Below, in pieces: positions 19,013-28,612 of a stretch of 64,000 bases of DNA (its first letter is position 1; each line of letters opens with the position of its first letter). The notes beneath the pieces are model-generated. The model saw nothing but the letters and a program-made list of their open reading frames with translations. It made no database searches and had not been told where the DNA came from. A program made the position numbers and the translations under genes. Origin of the DNA: a virus. Location of the stretch: the UHGV virus genome UHGV-0125199. One strand, 5' to 3'.

Positions 19013-19663
19013 ATTAGTAGTAAATTTGGAATCACAAAACATTTTCAGGTTTTAAATTATAATGAACATTCTGTATGCATTACAATTGCGCCAGGTAAAA
19101 CATGTGTAATTGAATCCGCAGTAGATGGATCACCAACTACTCTTCCGCTTACGTGGGATGAAATTGTATACGCAAATAACAGTAACGTATTTAAAAGCGG
19201 ATCACTTGAATTCCAAGGAGATGTCGAAAATGATATCTATAACGAATTAGGAATTGTAAAAGAAAATGTTTTAAAATATGAAGAAATAAAAGAAATTTTA
19301 CTTCATCCAGACAAGGATGGACTGAAAAAAATTTTAAAAATAAAAACGCTATCAGATTTTGATAGAGTTCGTGAAATTTTTCAAAAATTAAAATTTGAAG
19401 GTTATTCAATTACTCTTGATGTAAATAATCTTGTAAAAAAAAGAACAGAAGAATTGTTTATGGGAAAATCATCTTCTTCCATTTTTGTTGATGACCCAGA
19501 AAATACATCTTCAGATTCTAAGAAGGTTAAAGACTTGGAAAAACAGCTTGAGGAAATGAAGGCAATGATGGAATCTTTGCTTAAATCAAATGACACGGTG
19601 AAAACTGATTCTGTCGAAAATACTCAGGTTAAAAAAACAGGAAGACCGAAAAAGTCTGATTAG
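19013..19663 (+). CDS. hypothetical protein whose likely start is ATT at 19013 (the canonical-start fragment is 19454..19663)
   Basis: Frame is open for 217 codons from the TGA at 18995. GGAGGAG at 19001..19007 sits 5 nt before ATT. No ATG/GTG/TTG occurs until 19454. Confidence 0.4.
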   Translation: MSSKFGITKHFQVLNYNEHSVCITIAPGKTCVIESAVDGSPTTLPLTWDEIVYANNSNVFKSGSLEFQGDVENDIYNELGIVKENVLKYEEIKEILLHPDKDGLKKILKIKTLSDFDRVREIFQKLKFEGYSITLDVNNLVKKRTEELFMGKSSSSIFVDDPENTSSDSKKVKDLEKQLEEMKAMMESLLKSNDTVKTDSVENTQVKKTGRPKKSD

Positions 19664-19684
19664 ATAACAGGGAGGTAATTTGGC

Positions 19685-20188
19685 ATGAAGTCAAATTCTT
19701 ATACTCCATTTAGTGAAATTTGTGATAGATTCTATGATCGATTAGAAAAGGATGATAAATTTTTTAATTATTATAACGTAGATGAATTAGAAGCAATTCA
19801 AATTGCACATGAAAGGTCTAAAAGATATCTTATTGAATCATTAGATGACTTAACATCTCTTGGAAATATGCAAGTAGATTTTTCTGATTATGACACAGAA
19901 ATTGAACGTATAAACTTCGAACTATTACCAAAAGAAATTAAAATCATTGTTGATATGATGTTTATTAAATACATGGAAAGAGATTTAGCATTGTTACACG
20001 CTATGGAAATAAATTTTGCACCATCTGATTTAACTGTGTTTTCTCCAGCAAATGAAAGAACAAGTTATCGCAATTTTATTGAAACACTAAAATTAAATTT
20101 GCAAGATGAATTGGCTAATTATCAAGACAGGGATAGAAAAACAGGCAAATTAAAAGCGGTACTTGATTATTCTTTATATGACGAGTGA
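19685..20188 (+). CDS. hypothetical head-tail-joining-region protein
   Basis: ATG after CAGGGAGGTAA. Confidence 0.55.
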   Translation: MKSNSYTPFSEICDRFYDRLEKDDKFFNYYNVDELEAIQIAHERSKRYLIESLDDLTSLGNMQVDFSDYDTEIERINFELLPKEIKIIVDMMFIKYMERDLALLHAMEINFAPSDLTVFSPANERTSYRNFIETLKLNLQDELANYQDRDRKTGKLKAVLDYSLYDE

Positions 20189-20198
20189 GGTGATAAAA

Positions 20199-21212
20199 AT
20201 GAATTTGAATTATTTCAGAAAAATTCAGAATAGTTATCGTGTATCGTCAAAGAAAGAACAACAACTTAATATAATCAACAAGGAATCTGAAAAGCATTGG
20301 AATAATATTGATTGCGAAGATGTTGTTATAAATGGTGAAAATAGAAAATTAATGGTGGTAAAAGACACCGATAATAATGCCTCAAAAAAGAAAATTAAAT
20401 CAATACATAGTGAGCCATTTAATCTTGGAGATTATATATACTGGAATAACCAAGTATGGATTGTAACAGTATTAGATCCTAATGAAAAGGCGTGGCATTC
20501 TGGATATATGTATTTATGTACACTATTGCTAAATACAATAGATGAAAATGGAAGGCTTGTTCAAAAATGGTGCTATTCAGAAGATTTTACTAAGTATTCT
20601 TCTGGCGAAACAGGGAATACAAGTATCAAAGTCGGGGATTATCAATATGGATTGACATTGCCTGTTGATAATGACACCAAACGTTGGCGGCGCGACAAAA
20701 GATTTTGCATTGATTTTGATGATTCGATTGAGCCAGACACATATCGATTAACAAATAGAAAATTGTTTTTATCAGATAATTCATATTTTAATCGAGGTGG
20801 TCTTATTCAACTTACACTTTCTCTCTCGTCATTTAACAAAGAAACAGATGCGCTTGTTGACTTTGATGGAAAAAAGTATTGGATAGCGGATTATATTAAA
20901 TCAGATGTTTCTCAAGAAAAAAATAACACGTGCAAGATTTCTTATAATGGCAAAAACCAAGTTGGTGTTGGCGATATTGAAAAGAAATTTTTGGGCGAGT
21001 TTTATTCTGGAAATGAAAAGATAGAGAACAAAGTTGGAAAATGGTATTTGAGCGATAACGTAAAAGATAAGGTGCATTTAAAAACAGAAAACAACACTGC
21101 GTTTATATGGATAGAAACAGAACAATTTGATCTAATTGGTGAAAAATTTAATTTATTTTTCGGTGACGATTTAGTTACAACAAATATAGAGCTTGAAATA
21201 GTTTACTTATAA
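20199..21212 (+). CDS. hypothetical structural protein (the ORF track starts at 20163; the ATG at 20199 after GAGGTGA is preferred)
   Basis: RBS-supported internal ATG. Confidence 0.55.
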   Translation: MNLNYFRKIQNSYRVSSKKEQQLNIINKESEKHWNNIDCEDVVINGENRKLMVVKDTDNNASKKKIKSIHSEPFNLGDYIYWNNQVWIVTVLDPNEKAWHSGYMYLCTLLLNTIDENGRLVQKWCYSEDFTKYSSGETGNTSIKVGDYQYGLTLPVDNDTKRWRRDKRFCIDFDDSIEPDTYRLTNRKLFLSDNSYFNRGGLIQLTLSLSSFNKETDALVDFDGKKYWIADYIKSDVSQEKNNTCKISYNGKNQVGVGDIEKKFLGEFYSGNEKIENKVGKWYLSDNVKDKVHLKTENNTAFIWIETEQFDLIGEKFNLFFGDDLVTTNIELEIVYL

Positions 21213-21224
21213 TGAGGTGTCATT

Positions 21225-21710
21225 TTGTGGGATAAAAATATAAAAGATCTTGGGACAGTATTATCAAAAGTTATTTCAGCATTCAAGCATTCTGATGAAA
21301 TCCGAGATGTACTGTTTGGCAGTCAAATTAATGAAAATGATTTTGATTTACAAAAGGCTTATGAGGATTGTATATGGGATTGTCTTTATATAAAAGGAAT
21401 TCAAACAGAAGCAAAAACATATATTTGTGCAGATACAACAGTCTCACGAATAAATTCTAGCACAAAAAATGTTAAGCTCATTATACAGGTTTTTTGTGAA
21501 AAGTCGTTACTTAAGTATTCCAAAAAGGGATATGTTGGGAACAGACCTACTATCCTGGCAGAAATAATTGAGGAAATATTAATTAAAGACGAAGAATTTT
21601 CGAGAAATTTTGGCATAGGAAAATTAGAATTGAATAATGTAAACATTTTTACAAATGGCGAAAACCATTATGGTAAAACATTGGAATTTACCATTACAAC
21701 TTTTAGATAA
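21225..21710 (+). CDS. hypothetical protein
   Basis: ORF with a TTG start after GAGGTG. Confidence 0.5.
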   Translation: MWDKNIKDLGTVLSKVISAFKHSDEIRDVLFGSQINENDFDLQKAYEDCIWDCLYIKGIQTEAKTYICADTTVSRINSSTKNVKLIIQVFCEKSLLKYSKKGYVGNRPTILAEIIEEILIKDEEFSRNFGIGKLELNNVNIFTNGENHYGKTLEFTITTFR

Positions 21711-21721
21711 GGATTTTAATT

Positions 21722-22501
21722 ATGAAATTAGATTATTTTGATCTAATCTCCCCTCTCCCACTTGATCTTGTTGGAATTGGAAGAATTAAATCTCCAAAGC
21801 TCATTGAGATTGCTGACATATCTTATTACGTCTATGCACAATATGTGTCGTGTCTAAGAATGACTCCAAGTGATTATATTGAAGATTTTAAAATAGAAGA
21901 TCCAGATATTAATTTGTATACAAAATTTGACCTTATTTTGTATGATTCAAATTTTAGAAATATGATTAAAAATGCTCTCAATTTTTTCTTTGTAGAGGAT
22001 TTCGAATGGTTTGATGAATATAAATCATTTCTATACACAGAGGAAATTGTTAGAGAAAATGACGATACTGAACTTCTAGCAAAAGGAATTATAAATTCTA
22101 AAAATTATTATGATGTGTTGGATATAATTCTTCAACGAGTGCATATTACACCGGACAATACAGAAGTGACTGATATTACAAAGATCAAAAATAAACGTGG
22201 ATTAAAAATATACAAGAGGTTGCAAAAGGTAAAACGTGAATTCAAAAAAACTTCTGGCGGAAATCCAGATATGTCTTTACCTAACATCATATCGTCCGTT
22301 GCTGTAAGAAGTTTATCATTAAACTGGATAAATATATGGGATATTACAATTTATCAATTATTCAATGAATTTGAAAGGCTTCAGATAATTGATCAATATG
22401 ACATTGCTTCTACACAGGTGTCTGTATGGGGAGATAAAGAAAAGAAATTCAAGTTTGGTGCTTGGAGTTCAAATATATATAACAAAAATGACGCTGAGTA
22501 A
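21722..22501 (+). CDS. hypothetical protein
   Basis: ATG after AAGGATTTTAATT. Confidence 0.5.
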   Translation: MKLDYFDLISPLPLDLVGIGRIKSPKLIEIADISYYVYAQYVSCLRMTPSDYIEDFKIEDPDINLYTKFDLILYDSNFRNMIKNALNFFFVEDFEWFDEYKSFLYTEEIVRENDDTELLAKGIINSKNYYDVLDIILQRVHITPDNTEVTDITKIKNKRGLKIYKRLQKVKREFKKTSGGNPDMSLPNIISSVAVRSLSLNWINIWDITIYQLFNEFERLQIIDQYDIASTQVSVWGDKEKKFKFGAWSSNIYNKNDAE

Positions 22502-22554
22502 TTCAGTGTCTTTTTTATTGCAAAAAAAACAAATCTTATATAGGAGGAATTAAA

Positions 22555-23322
22555 ATGGCAAATCAATTTGGAAAACAGATGGCAAACCGAGAAGTCTGTG
22601 ACATGGTGTTTGTAGATTATAAAACAAAAGAACCATTTCTTTTCTGTGATTACGCAAATACATCAAGTCAGGAATTGACAGGTGAAAACGTATTTGCGTA
22701 CGGTGGGAAAGGTCATCCAAAGAAAATTACATTCTCTGGAGAACGTGCTGGTACTCTTACGATTGAAACGCAGATTCAGACACCTAAGCTTTGGGAGCTG
22801 ATGACTGGAGGTAAGAGTTCTAAAACAGCAGAAATTATGAAGAGAGTCAAGGTAAAAGTTGGCGAAAGCAATAAAGTTAGTATTACTGACACAAAAGTTA
22901 CTCTCACAAAAGAAAATGTATGGGTTTATGACGGAGCAGATTCTAACATGGAAACAAAACTTGGGGTAACTACTGTTTCTGGTCAGGACATTACATTGAA
23001 AGATTCAAAGGCAGAAGGAACAGAAGTTGTTGTATTCTACCTTGCTACTAGAAATGATGTATACAATATCAGTATTAGATCTACTGACTTCCCGAAAGCG
23101 TTTACTGTTTACGGCGATACATATATGAAAACAACAGATGAGGATGTGCTTCCATATCTGTTCAAGGCATATAAAGTAGTTCCGCAGGCTAATATGTCTC
23201 TGTCTTTTGCAAGTTCCGGAGATCCGGGTACTGTAACACTTACTTGTGACATGATGGTTGACGATGATGGAAACATGCTTGACCTGACTCTGTTACCGGA
23301 CGAGGACGAACCGGGGGAATAG
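22555..23322 (+). CDS. putative major tail (tube) protein
   Basis: ATG after TAGGAGGAA. Its size and its position ahead of the tape-measure block fit this role. Confidence 0.4.
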   Translation: MANQFGKQMANREVCDMVFVDYKTKEPFLFCDYANTSSQELTGENVFAYGGKGHPKKITFSGERAGTLTIETQIQTPKLWELMTGGKSSKTAEIMKRVKVKVGESNKVSITDTKVTLTKENVWVYDGADSNMETKLGVTTVSGQDITLKDSKAEGTEVVVFYLATRNDVYNISIRSTDFPKAFTVYGDTYMKTTDEDVLPYLFKAYKVVPQANMSLSFASSGDPGTVTLTCDMMVDDDGNMLDLTLLPDEDEPGE

Positions 23323-23410
23323 AACCCCCTGAAGATCTCGCCTTGATAGGCAGGGGGAAAATCGGAAAGGCAAAAGTCGGAAAATCAGAATGAATAAGGA
23401 GTGAGTAAAA

Positions 23411-23818
23411 ATGGCATATACACCAACGACATGGAGCGATGGAGATGTTATTACTGCTGAAAAGATGAACAAGCTGGAGCAAGGTGTAAAAAATGAACAG
23501 GTTGGCGCACCTGGAGCAGCCGCAGGATTCGGAACACCAACTGCAACGGTTGACGCAAATACTGGAGTTCCATCTGTAACTGTAACAGCAAGTGGAGCAA
23601 ACACAGCAAAGGTATTTAATTTTGCATTCAAAAATTTAAAAGGAGCAAAAGGAGATCCTGGTGCGACATACACTCTTCCGGCTGCGAATAAAACAACACT
23701 TGGAGGCGTAAAACAGTCTACTTTGGTTCCTGAAGCTGCAGGAGAAAATGTCACAAAGGCTGAGTTCAAAGCTTTGCTGGACGCTTTGAAAGCAGCCGGT
23801 ATTATGGCTACATCTTAA
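23411..23818 (+). CDS. small 'LGGVK'-motif structural protein, paralogous to the C-terminus of ORF 9204
   Basis: 'TLGGVKQST…FKALLDALKAAGIMATS' versus ORF 9204 'VLGGVKAKAK…LNALLASLRTAGIIAQ'. Confidence 0.5.
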   Translation: MAYTPTTWSDGDVITAEKMNKLEQGVKNEQVGAPGAAAGFGTPTATVDANTGVPSVTVTASGANTAKVFNFAFKNLKGAKGDPGATYTLPAANKTTLGGVKQSTLVPEAAGENVTKAEFKALLDALKAAGIMATS

Positions 23819-23851
23819 AATAACGAGTGATAGATATTTAGTGTGAAGAAA

Positions 23852-23891
23852 GGGGTAAATATCTATTATCGGTATTTACCCCATTTTTTTA
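23852..23891 (+). terminator. rho-independent terminator
   Basis: GGGGTAAATA..TATTTACCCC hairpin followed by ATTTTTTT. Confidence 0.75.
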
Positions 23892-23906
23892 CTCTGCTCC
23901 GAATAA

Positions 23907-24098
23907 GTGAGGAGTGAACTCGAAATTAGAAAGTTAGACAATGAATACCGTACAGAATCTTCTCACGAAGTCTGTTATTTATCAGAATACGGAATTAAAT
24001 ATACATTTGTAAAAAAAGAAGATGGTGTGACGGTATGGAAGTACAAAAAGAGTAAAGAACTTGGACTTGCTTTAGCTAAGTTCTGGGAACAAAAATAA
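23907..24098 (+). CDS. hypothetical small protein
   Basis: ORF-track call with weak start context. Confidence 0.3.
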   Translation: MRSELEIRKLDNEYRTESSHEVCYLSEYGIKYTFVKKEDGVTVWKYKKSKELGLALAKFWEQK

Positions 24099-24222
24099 AA
24101 TAGGTTGTTCAAGATGATGAATATAAAGGTGGGTGTCATATTTTTGAGCGTAGTGTCACGCAGTACACAGGCAATAGTATTAAAGGACTACCACTCTCCT
24201 ATTTGTATGAAAGGAAAAAATT

Positions 24223-24492
24223 ATGGAATTTTTGAATGAATTTATGATGCCGGTCGTACTTGGCATTTGCCTTTGCGTCGGATATATTATCAAGAAATGG
24301 ATTAAAGATGTCGATAACAAGTACATCCCAACAATCTGTGGAGTATTGGGCATTGTGATAGCTGCATGGATTAATGGTTTTGCATTTAGCCCAGAAATTG
24401 TTTTAAGCGGTTTGATTAGTGGTCTTGCATCTACAGGTTTGCACCAGGCACTTACACAATTTATCGAAAAGAAAGAACAGAAAACTGAATAA
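24223..24492 (+). CDS. small membrane protein, putative holin (phiLC3/LL-H-like)
   Basis: Two predicted TM helices ('VVLGICLCVGYII', 'ICGVLGIVIAAWINGF') and a charged C-terminus, as in class II holins. Confidence 0.45.
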   Translation: MEFLNEFMMPVVLGICLCVGYIIKKWIKDVDNKYIPTICGVLGIVIAAWINGFAFSPEIVLSGLISGLASTGLHQALTQFIEKKEQKTE

Positions 24493-24494
24493 AT

Positions 24495-25196
24495 ATGGAA
24501 TATTTAGAAATGTTTTTTGAGCTAGATTTTGTTTCTATTATTCTCGCAATTGTTACCATACTTCTTGCATGGCAGTTTTTAGACAAATTGCTTGTATGGT
24601 TTTGGGAGAAAACAGGAATTGAATTTAGACATATCAGAAAAAGACGAGAAGAGCATGAGCTTCTTGTAAAAACCGCTGAAAATTTATCAAAACTACAAGA
24701 ACAACATCAAGAAGACGTGGAACGTGTTACTCAAAATGATAGGAAAATGCAACAGGAATTTTCAGAATTTGTCGAAGAGTTAAAGTCTGCTCTTACTGCT
24801 CAACGAGAACAGATGGATATTTATGCTAAAAATAGAATTAACGATAGAGAAAAATCACGAGAAATTCAGAGAGATTTTAATGAATCTCAAAAAAAATTAT
24901 CCGAATCCGTTGCTGTTATTTCAAAAAAATTGGATGATATGAAGGCTGAAACAGATATGCGTTTCCACGCCAATGAAGAAAAACAAAATAAAAAAGAGCA
25001 AGCAAAAATAAAGGCTGAAATTAGTAATCGGTACAGTATCTATCACGAAAGAAAGTGTATTACTGATATTGAGTTTGAAGCATTAGAAGGGCTTATAGCT
25101 ACCTATGAATCGTTCGGGGGGCTGAATAGCTTTGTACATAGTGTTGTCCAAAAAGAAATGTTTACATGGAAAAAAGTTAACGAAAAAGAAGATTAA
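24495..25196 (+). CDS. membrane-anchored coiled-coil protein
   Basis: N-terminal TM helix ('VSIILAIVTILLAWQF') followed by a long charged coiled coil. Translationally coupled to ORF 24223. Confidence 0.5.
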   Translation: MEYLEMFFELDFVSIILAIVTILLAWQFLDKLLVWFWEKTGIEFRHIRKRREEHELLVKTAENLSKLQEQHQEDVERVTQNDRKMQQEFSEFVEELKSALTAQREQMDIYAKNRINDREKSREIQRDFNESQKKLSESVAVISKKLDDMKAETDMRFHANEEKQNKKEQAKIKAEISNRYSIYHERKCITDIEFEALEGLIATYESFGGLNSFVHSVVQKEMFTWKKVNEKED

Positions 25197-25243
25197 TAAA
25201 TGGAGAAGTTACTAGTTGGTGACTTCTCTTCTTATTTAAAGAG

Positions 25244-25693
25244 GTGATAAAAATTACAAGATCAAAATTTAATGTAGATAAAGACAAAAGTAAACGAACA
25301 CATAATGGAATCGTATTTGATTCTGTATTAGAAATGAAATACTATCGCGACGTTCTTTGCCCTGCAGTGGAGAGTGGTGATGTGGTTAGTTATGAATTAC
25401 AAAAACCATATGAATTACAACCAAAGTTTCGTCATGATGGAAAATCAGTTCAGCCAATTAAGTATGTGGCTGACTTTTTTATTGTTTATAAAGATGGGCA
25501 TGAAGAAGTTGTTGATACTAAAGGATGTCCAGATTCAGTCGCACTATTAAAAAGAAAATTGTTTTGGCACAAGTTTCCAGAAGTTGATTATAAATGGGTT
25601 ACTTGGGTGGAAAAATTTGGAGGCTGGATCGAATATGAAGAATATAAACGACTCAAACGAGAAGAAAAGGAAAATAAAGTTTCTGATATTTAA
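25244..25693 (+). CDS. DUF1064-like protein
   Basis: 'NGIVFDSVLEMKYY…GDVVSYELQKPYEL…YVADFFIVYKDGHEEVVDTKG' resembles the DUF1064 pattern. Confidence 0.45.
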   Translation: MIKITRSKFNVDKDKSKRTHNGIVFDSVLEMKYYRDVLCPAVESGDVVSYELQKPYELQPKFRHDGKSVQPIKYVADFFIVYKDGHEEVVDTKGCPDSVALLKRKLFWHKFPEVDYKWVTWVEKFGGWIEYEEYKRLKREEKENKVSDI

Positions 25694-25788
25694 TTATTAA
25701 TTTTGTCAAAATATGCGTAACAAAATATCTTTACTACTCTTCTATTCAGTGATATGCTTGTATTATATAATATAAGGAGGCACAAGTC

Positions 25789-26082
25789 ATGGAAGAAAAA
25801 AGAAGAGGAAGACGTAAAAAAGTTGTAGAAAAGAATTACGATGTTTTGATTCAGCAGTGCAACCAAGAAATTTTAACCATCCAAAATAAAATGGATGAAT
25901 TAAAAGTTCAGATGAAAGAAAAGAAAATTGAAATCAAGAAACTTGAAAAAGAAAAAGCTATCTATGATGAGATGAAAGCTGAACAAGAAAAATCTGAACG
26001 TATTCGTGAACTCGCGGAAATGATTGATAAATCAGAATACACTTTGGATGAAATTAAGGAATTATTAAATCATAAAAACTAG
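25789..26082 (+). CDS. small coiled-coil protein
   Basis: ATG after AAGGAGG. Lys/Glu heptad repeats. Confidence 0.5.
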   Translation: MEEKRRGRRKKVVEKNYDVLIQQCNQEILTIQNKMDELKVQMKEKKIEIKKLEKEKAIYDEMKAEQEKSERIRELAEMIDKSEYTLDEIKELLNHKN

Positions 26083-26121
26083 AATTATAAATTACATCTA
26101 AATCATAAAATGTTAATTAAT

Positions 26122-26147
26122 AGAGTCGGTTAACCGGCTCTTTTTTG
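26122..26147 (+). terminator. rho-independent terminator
   Basis: GAGTCGGTTAACCGGCTC palindrome followed by TTTTTTGATG. Confidence 0.8.
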
Positions 26148-26288
26148 ATGCAAAAATTCAAATCAAATTTCGCTTTCATTTAGAAATGAAAAGAGAATAA
26201 GAGATATGGTGCTACTAAAATAGTAACATCATAATGGAAATGAGTTGATGATTTGATAAGCATCGCCAACATTATTGTACCAATCTTA

Positions 26289-26480
26289 TCACTTGGTACT
26301 GTTCTCACTTGCAAATTCGCAATTAACTTCTACAAAACCTTCCTTAAAGTTAGTAATAGCATGAAGTGAAGTCGGATTGTTTTGCAGAACCATCCATACT
26401 ATTCCAAGAACAGTCATGGACAAAAAGGTAAAGATGATTGCGAGTTTTGCAAGTCTGAACGAATTTTTGCTGTCTGTCAT
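26289..26480 (-). CDS. small single-TM membrane protein (63 aa), antisense to the main operon
   Basis: Minus-strand ATG preceded by GGAAGGGAGGTGAAAAA. Contains a hydrophobic helix. Confidence 0.55.
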   Translation of the reverse strand: MTDSKNSFRLAKLAIIFTFLSMTVLGIVWMVLQNNPTSLHAITNFKEGFVEVNCEFASENSTK

Positions 26481-26743
26481 TTTTCACCTCCCTTCCGATT
26501 GTATAGTAATCAACTATCATGGGGAGATCAGAATGAGCAGATCGCTCAGAATTGTATAAACTTCTGATGACTTTCACCTATCTTTCTGACTTATTATATA
26601 GTCGTGGTGATTGGTTTGTAGGTTCCTTGTATGTAGGAGCGTAACAGCCGTGGTTACGCACACGCCTTCCTGCATATAGATATTATACTACTCATAGAAA
26701 ATAAAAACATCCAGAACATTTGTTTTAAAGGAGATAGAAAATC

Positions 26744-27445
26744 ATGAAAAAAGAAAATATGAAAATTAAAGAAATTATTACATTCGAAGATAAAGCAAAC
26801 GCTATTGAATATATTTGTAACAGTTTATTTGATTTTGGAGAAAATGGTGAAATTACCGACTACTCCCCTTATTATATTGAGCCAGCGCAGGTTTGTGCTA
26901 TTATGAATTACTTTGTAGATGGAATTGAATTTGAAGATGGAGAATCTGTTTACGATGTTGCAATTGCAGACAAAGAAGTTAATGATATTGTAAATCAGTT
27001 TTTCATCAAGAATACTACAACAGCAAAAAATCCAAAATTAACATATCCACAGGAGATTATGAAATTCGTCATGTCTCATGTTGTAGAAAAAGTTGAATAT
27101 ATGAAACAGAAAGCTATTCATGCTCCATCATATAGAAAAGATATGGTTGGAGAAGCTCTTGTTGATTTGATCAACGTATTGTCTTCAAAGGCAGAAGAAT
27201 TAAATGTATCCGAGGCGAATAAATTTATCGAGAAGTATAACTCACCAGACAAATCTATGGAAGATATTGCGAAGCAGTTTATGAAAGAGGAATTTGAAAA
27301 ACGTACTGCTGAACTCGAAAATGCAAATACACAACCAATTTATAAGCCGGATAATGAAGAAAAGGCTACTAAAAATGAAAAGATGAGAGAGATGCTTAAA
27401 CGCGCAATGGAGATTCATGAAACAGCCGAAAATCTTCCTTATTAG
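26744..27445 (+). CDS. hypothetical protein (233 aa)
   Basis: ATG after AAAGGAGATAGAAAATC. Confidence 0.55.
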   Translation: MKKENMKIKEIITFEDKANAIEYICNSLFDFGENGEITDYSPYYIEPAQVCAIMNYFVDGIEFEDGESVYDVAIADKEVNDIVNQFFIKNTTTAKNPKLTYPQEIMKFVMSHVVEKVEYMKQKAIHAPSYRKDMVGEALVDLINVLSSKAEELNVSEANKFIEKYNSPDKSMEDIAKQFMKEEFEKRTAELENANTQPIYKPDNEEKATKNEKMREMLKRAMEIHETAENLPY

Positions 27446-27456
27446 AAGGTGTTGCT

Positions 27457-27858
27457 ATGGCAAAAAAAGTTGTTTCCAGTTTTTTGGAAGTTAAAGGATT
27501 GGTTGAAAAAGATGTGCACTCTGGTATGAATGATGCAAGGGATGAAGTTGAAATAAAATTAGAAGATAATGTAATGGGATATTATGACATTGGAAATCCG
27601 GTAAAATACGAAAGAACAGGAACATTATTGGAATCTCCTAACACTACTCCTGTTTCTGGTGGAGGAAATCATTTTGAATTTAAAGCAGAAATGCAAGACA
27701 ATATTTCTTATCATACTGGAACTTACACTGGGGCACAAGTAATTGATGCAACAGAGCAAGGACATTCTGGAACTCTTGGTAAACATGGATATTTTGCAAA
27801 GACAGAAGCGGAAATTCCTGAAATTGTGGATAGGAATATGTCGAAGTATTTGAAGTGA
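27457..27858 (+). CDS. hypothetical protein (133 aa)
   Basis: ATG after AGAAGGTG. Confidence 0.55.
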   Translation: MAKKVVSSFLEVKGLVEKDVHSGMNDARDEVEIKLEDNVMGYYDIGNPVKYERTGTLLESPNTTPVSGGGNHFEFKAEMQDNISYHTGTYTGAQVIDATEQGHSGTLGKHGYFAKTEAEIPEIVDRNMSKYLK

Positions 27859-27867
27859 AAATAATTA

Positions 27868-27892
27868 CCCAGGATGCGGCTAACATCCTGGG
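27868..27892. terminator. bidirectional hairpin between convergent genes
   Basis: CCCAGGATG-cggctaa-CATCCTGGG. Confidence 0.45.
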
Positions 27893-27948
27893 GTCGTAAA
27901 AAGGAAACTATTTAAATGACATATATGCAGAATTAATTAAATGATTTT

Positions 27949-28122
27949 TTACCTACGGTTCTTACGTAATGACAATGAGTATTCAAATTTTATATATTTG
28001 GAGAATTGAATTTTACATTTCGCGTTTTTAACATCCTTAGAAAATGTATTAAACGTAAAAACAAGAATAATTAAAAGAACTAATGCAATAACAATAAGAC
28101 TTAAAATTATAATTGTTGTCAT
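27949..28122 (-). CDS. small single-TM membrane peptide (57 aa), absent from the ORF track
   Basis: Minus-strand ATG preceded by GAAGGGTGGTGAAAAA, nearly identical to the RBS of the gene at 26289..26480. 'TTIIILSLIVIALVLLIILVF' is a TM helix. Confidence 0.45.
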   Translation of the reverse strand: MTTIIILSLIVIALVLLIILVFTFNTFSKDVKNAKCKIQFSKYIKFEYSLSLRKNRR

Positions 28123-28443
28123 TTTTCACCACCCTTCTGTACTTTGATATACAGAACGGGAGTGTTTGCGAAAGAAATCCGCAGAGATATGATGTATAGA
28201 AATGATACATATAATAATTAATCACCTTTCTGCCATATGTACTGTTTTCATTTCGTATACAAGATGTATACTTCCACAGACGCTTCTGCCAGATACATAC
28301 CCGTGGCAACGGATTGGTTGTGGTAGATCCAATCGATATGTATCCAATTTCATTATAACAGAATTTCACTGGAATTAAATATAGATTTTCTCCGTTTCGT
28401 ATAGTATGATAATAACAAACTATTATGAAACGGAGAAATTATT

Positions 28444-28584
28444 ATGTGTGAAAATTCAAGAAACCGTGAACCTATTAGATGGGAAATATCAAGTAAGAAT
28501 CCGTCGAGAGGTGATGCTCCATCTCCTATCGATATTTTCAATCAAGATATTTCTATGAATCAGGAAGGGGAAAACGAAGATTAA
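28444..28584 (+). CDS. possible 46-aa ORF whose RBS lies in the 3' arm of a 9-bp inverted repeat (28390..28435)
   Basis: ATG after ACGGAGAAATTATT. CTCCGTTTC…GAAACGGAG can sequester the SD. Confidence 0.25.
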   Translation: MCENSRNREPIRWEISSKNPSRGDAPSPIDIFNQDISMNQEGENED

Positions 28585-28612
28585 TATAAATATCAATGAG
28601 TTATTATACCAA

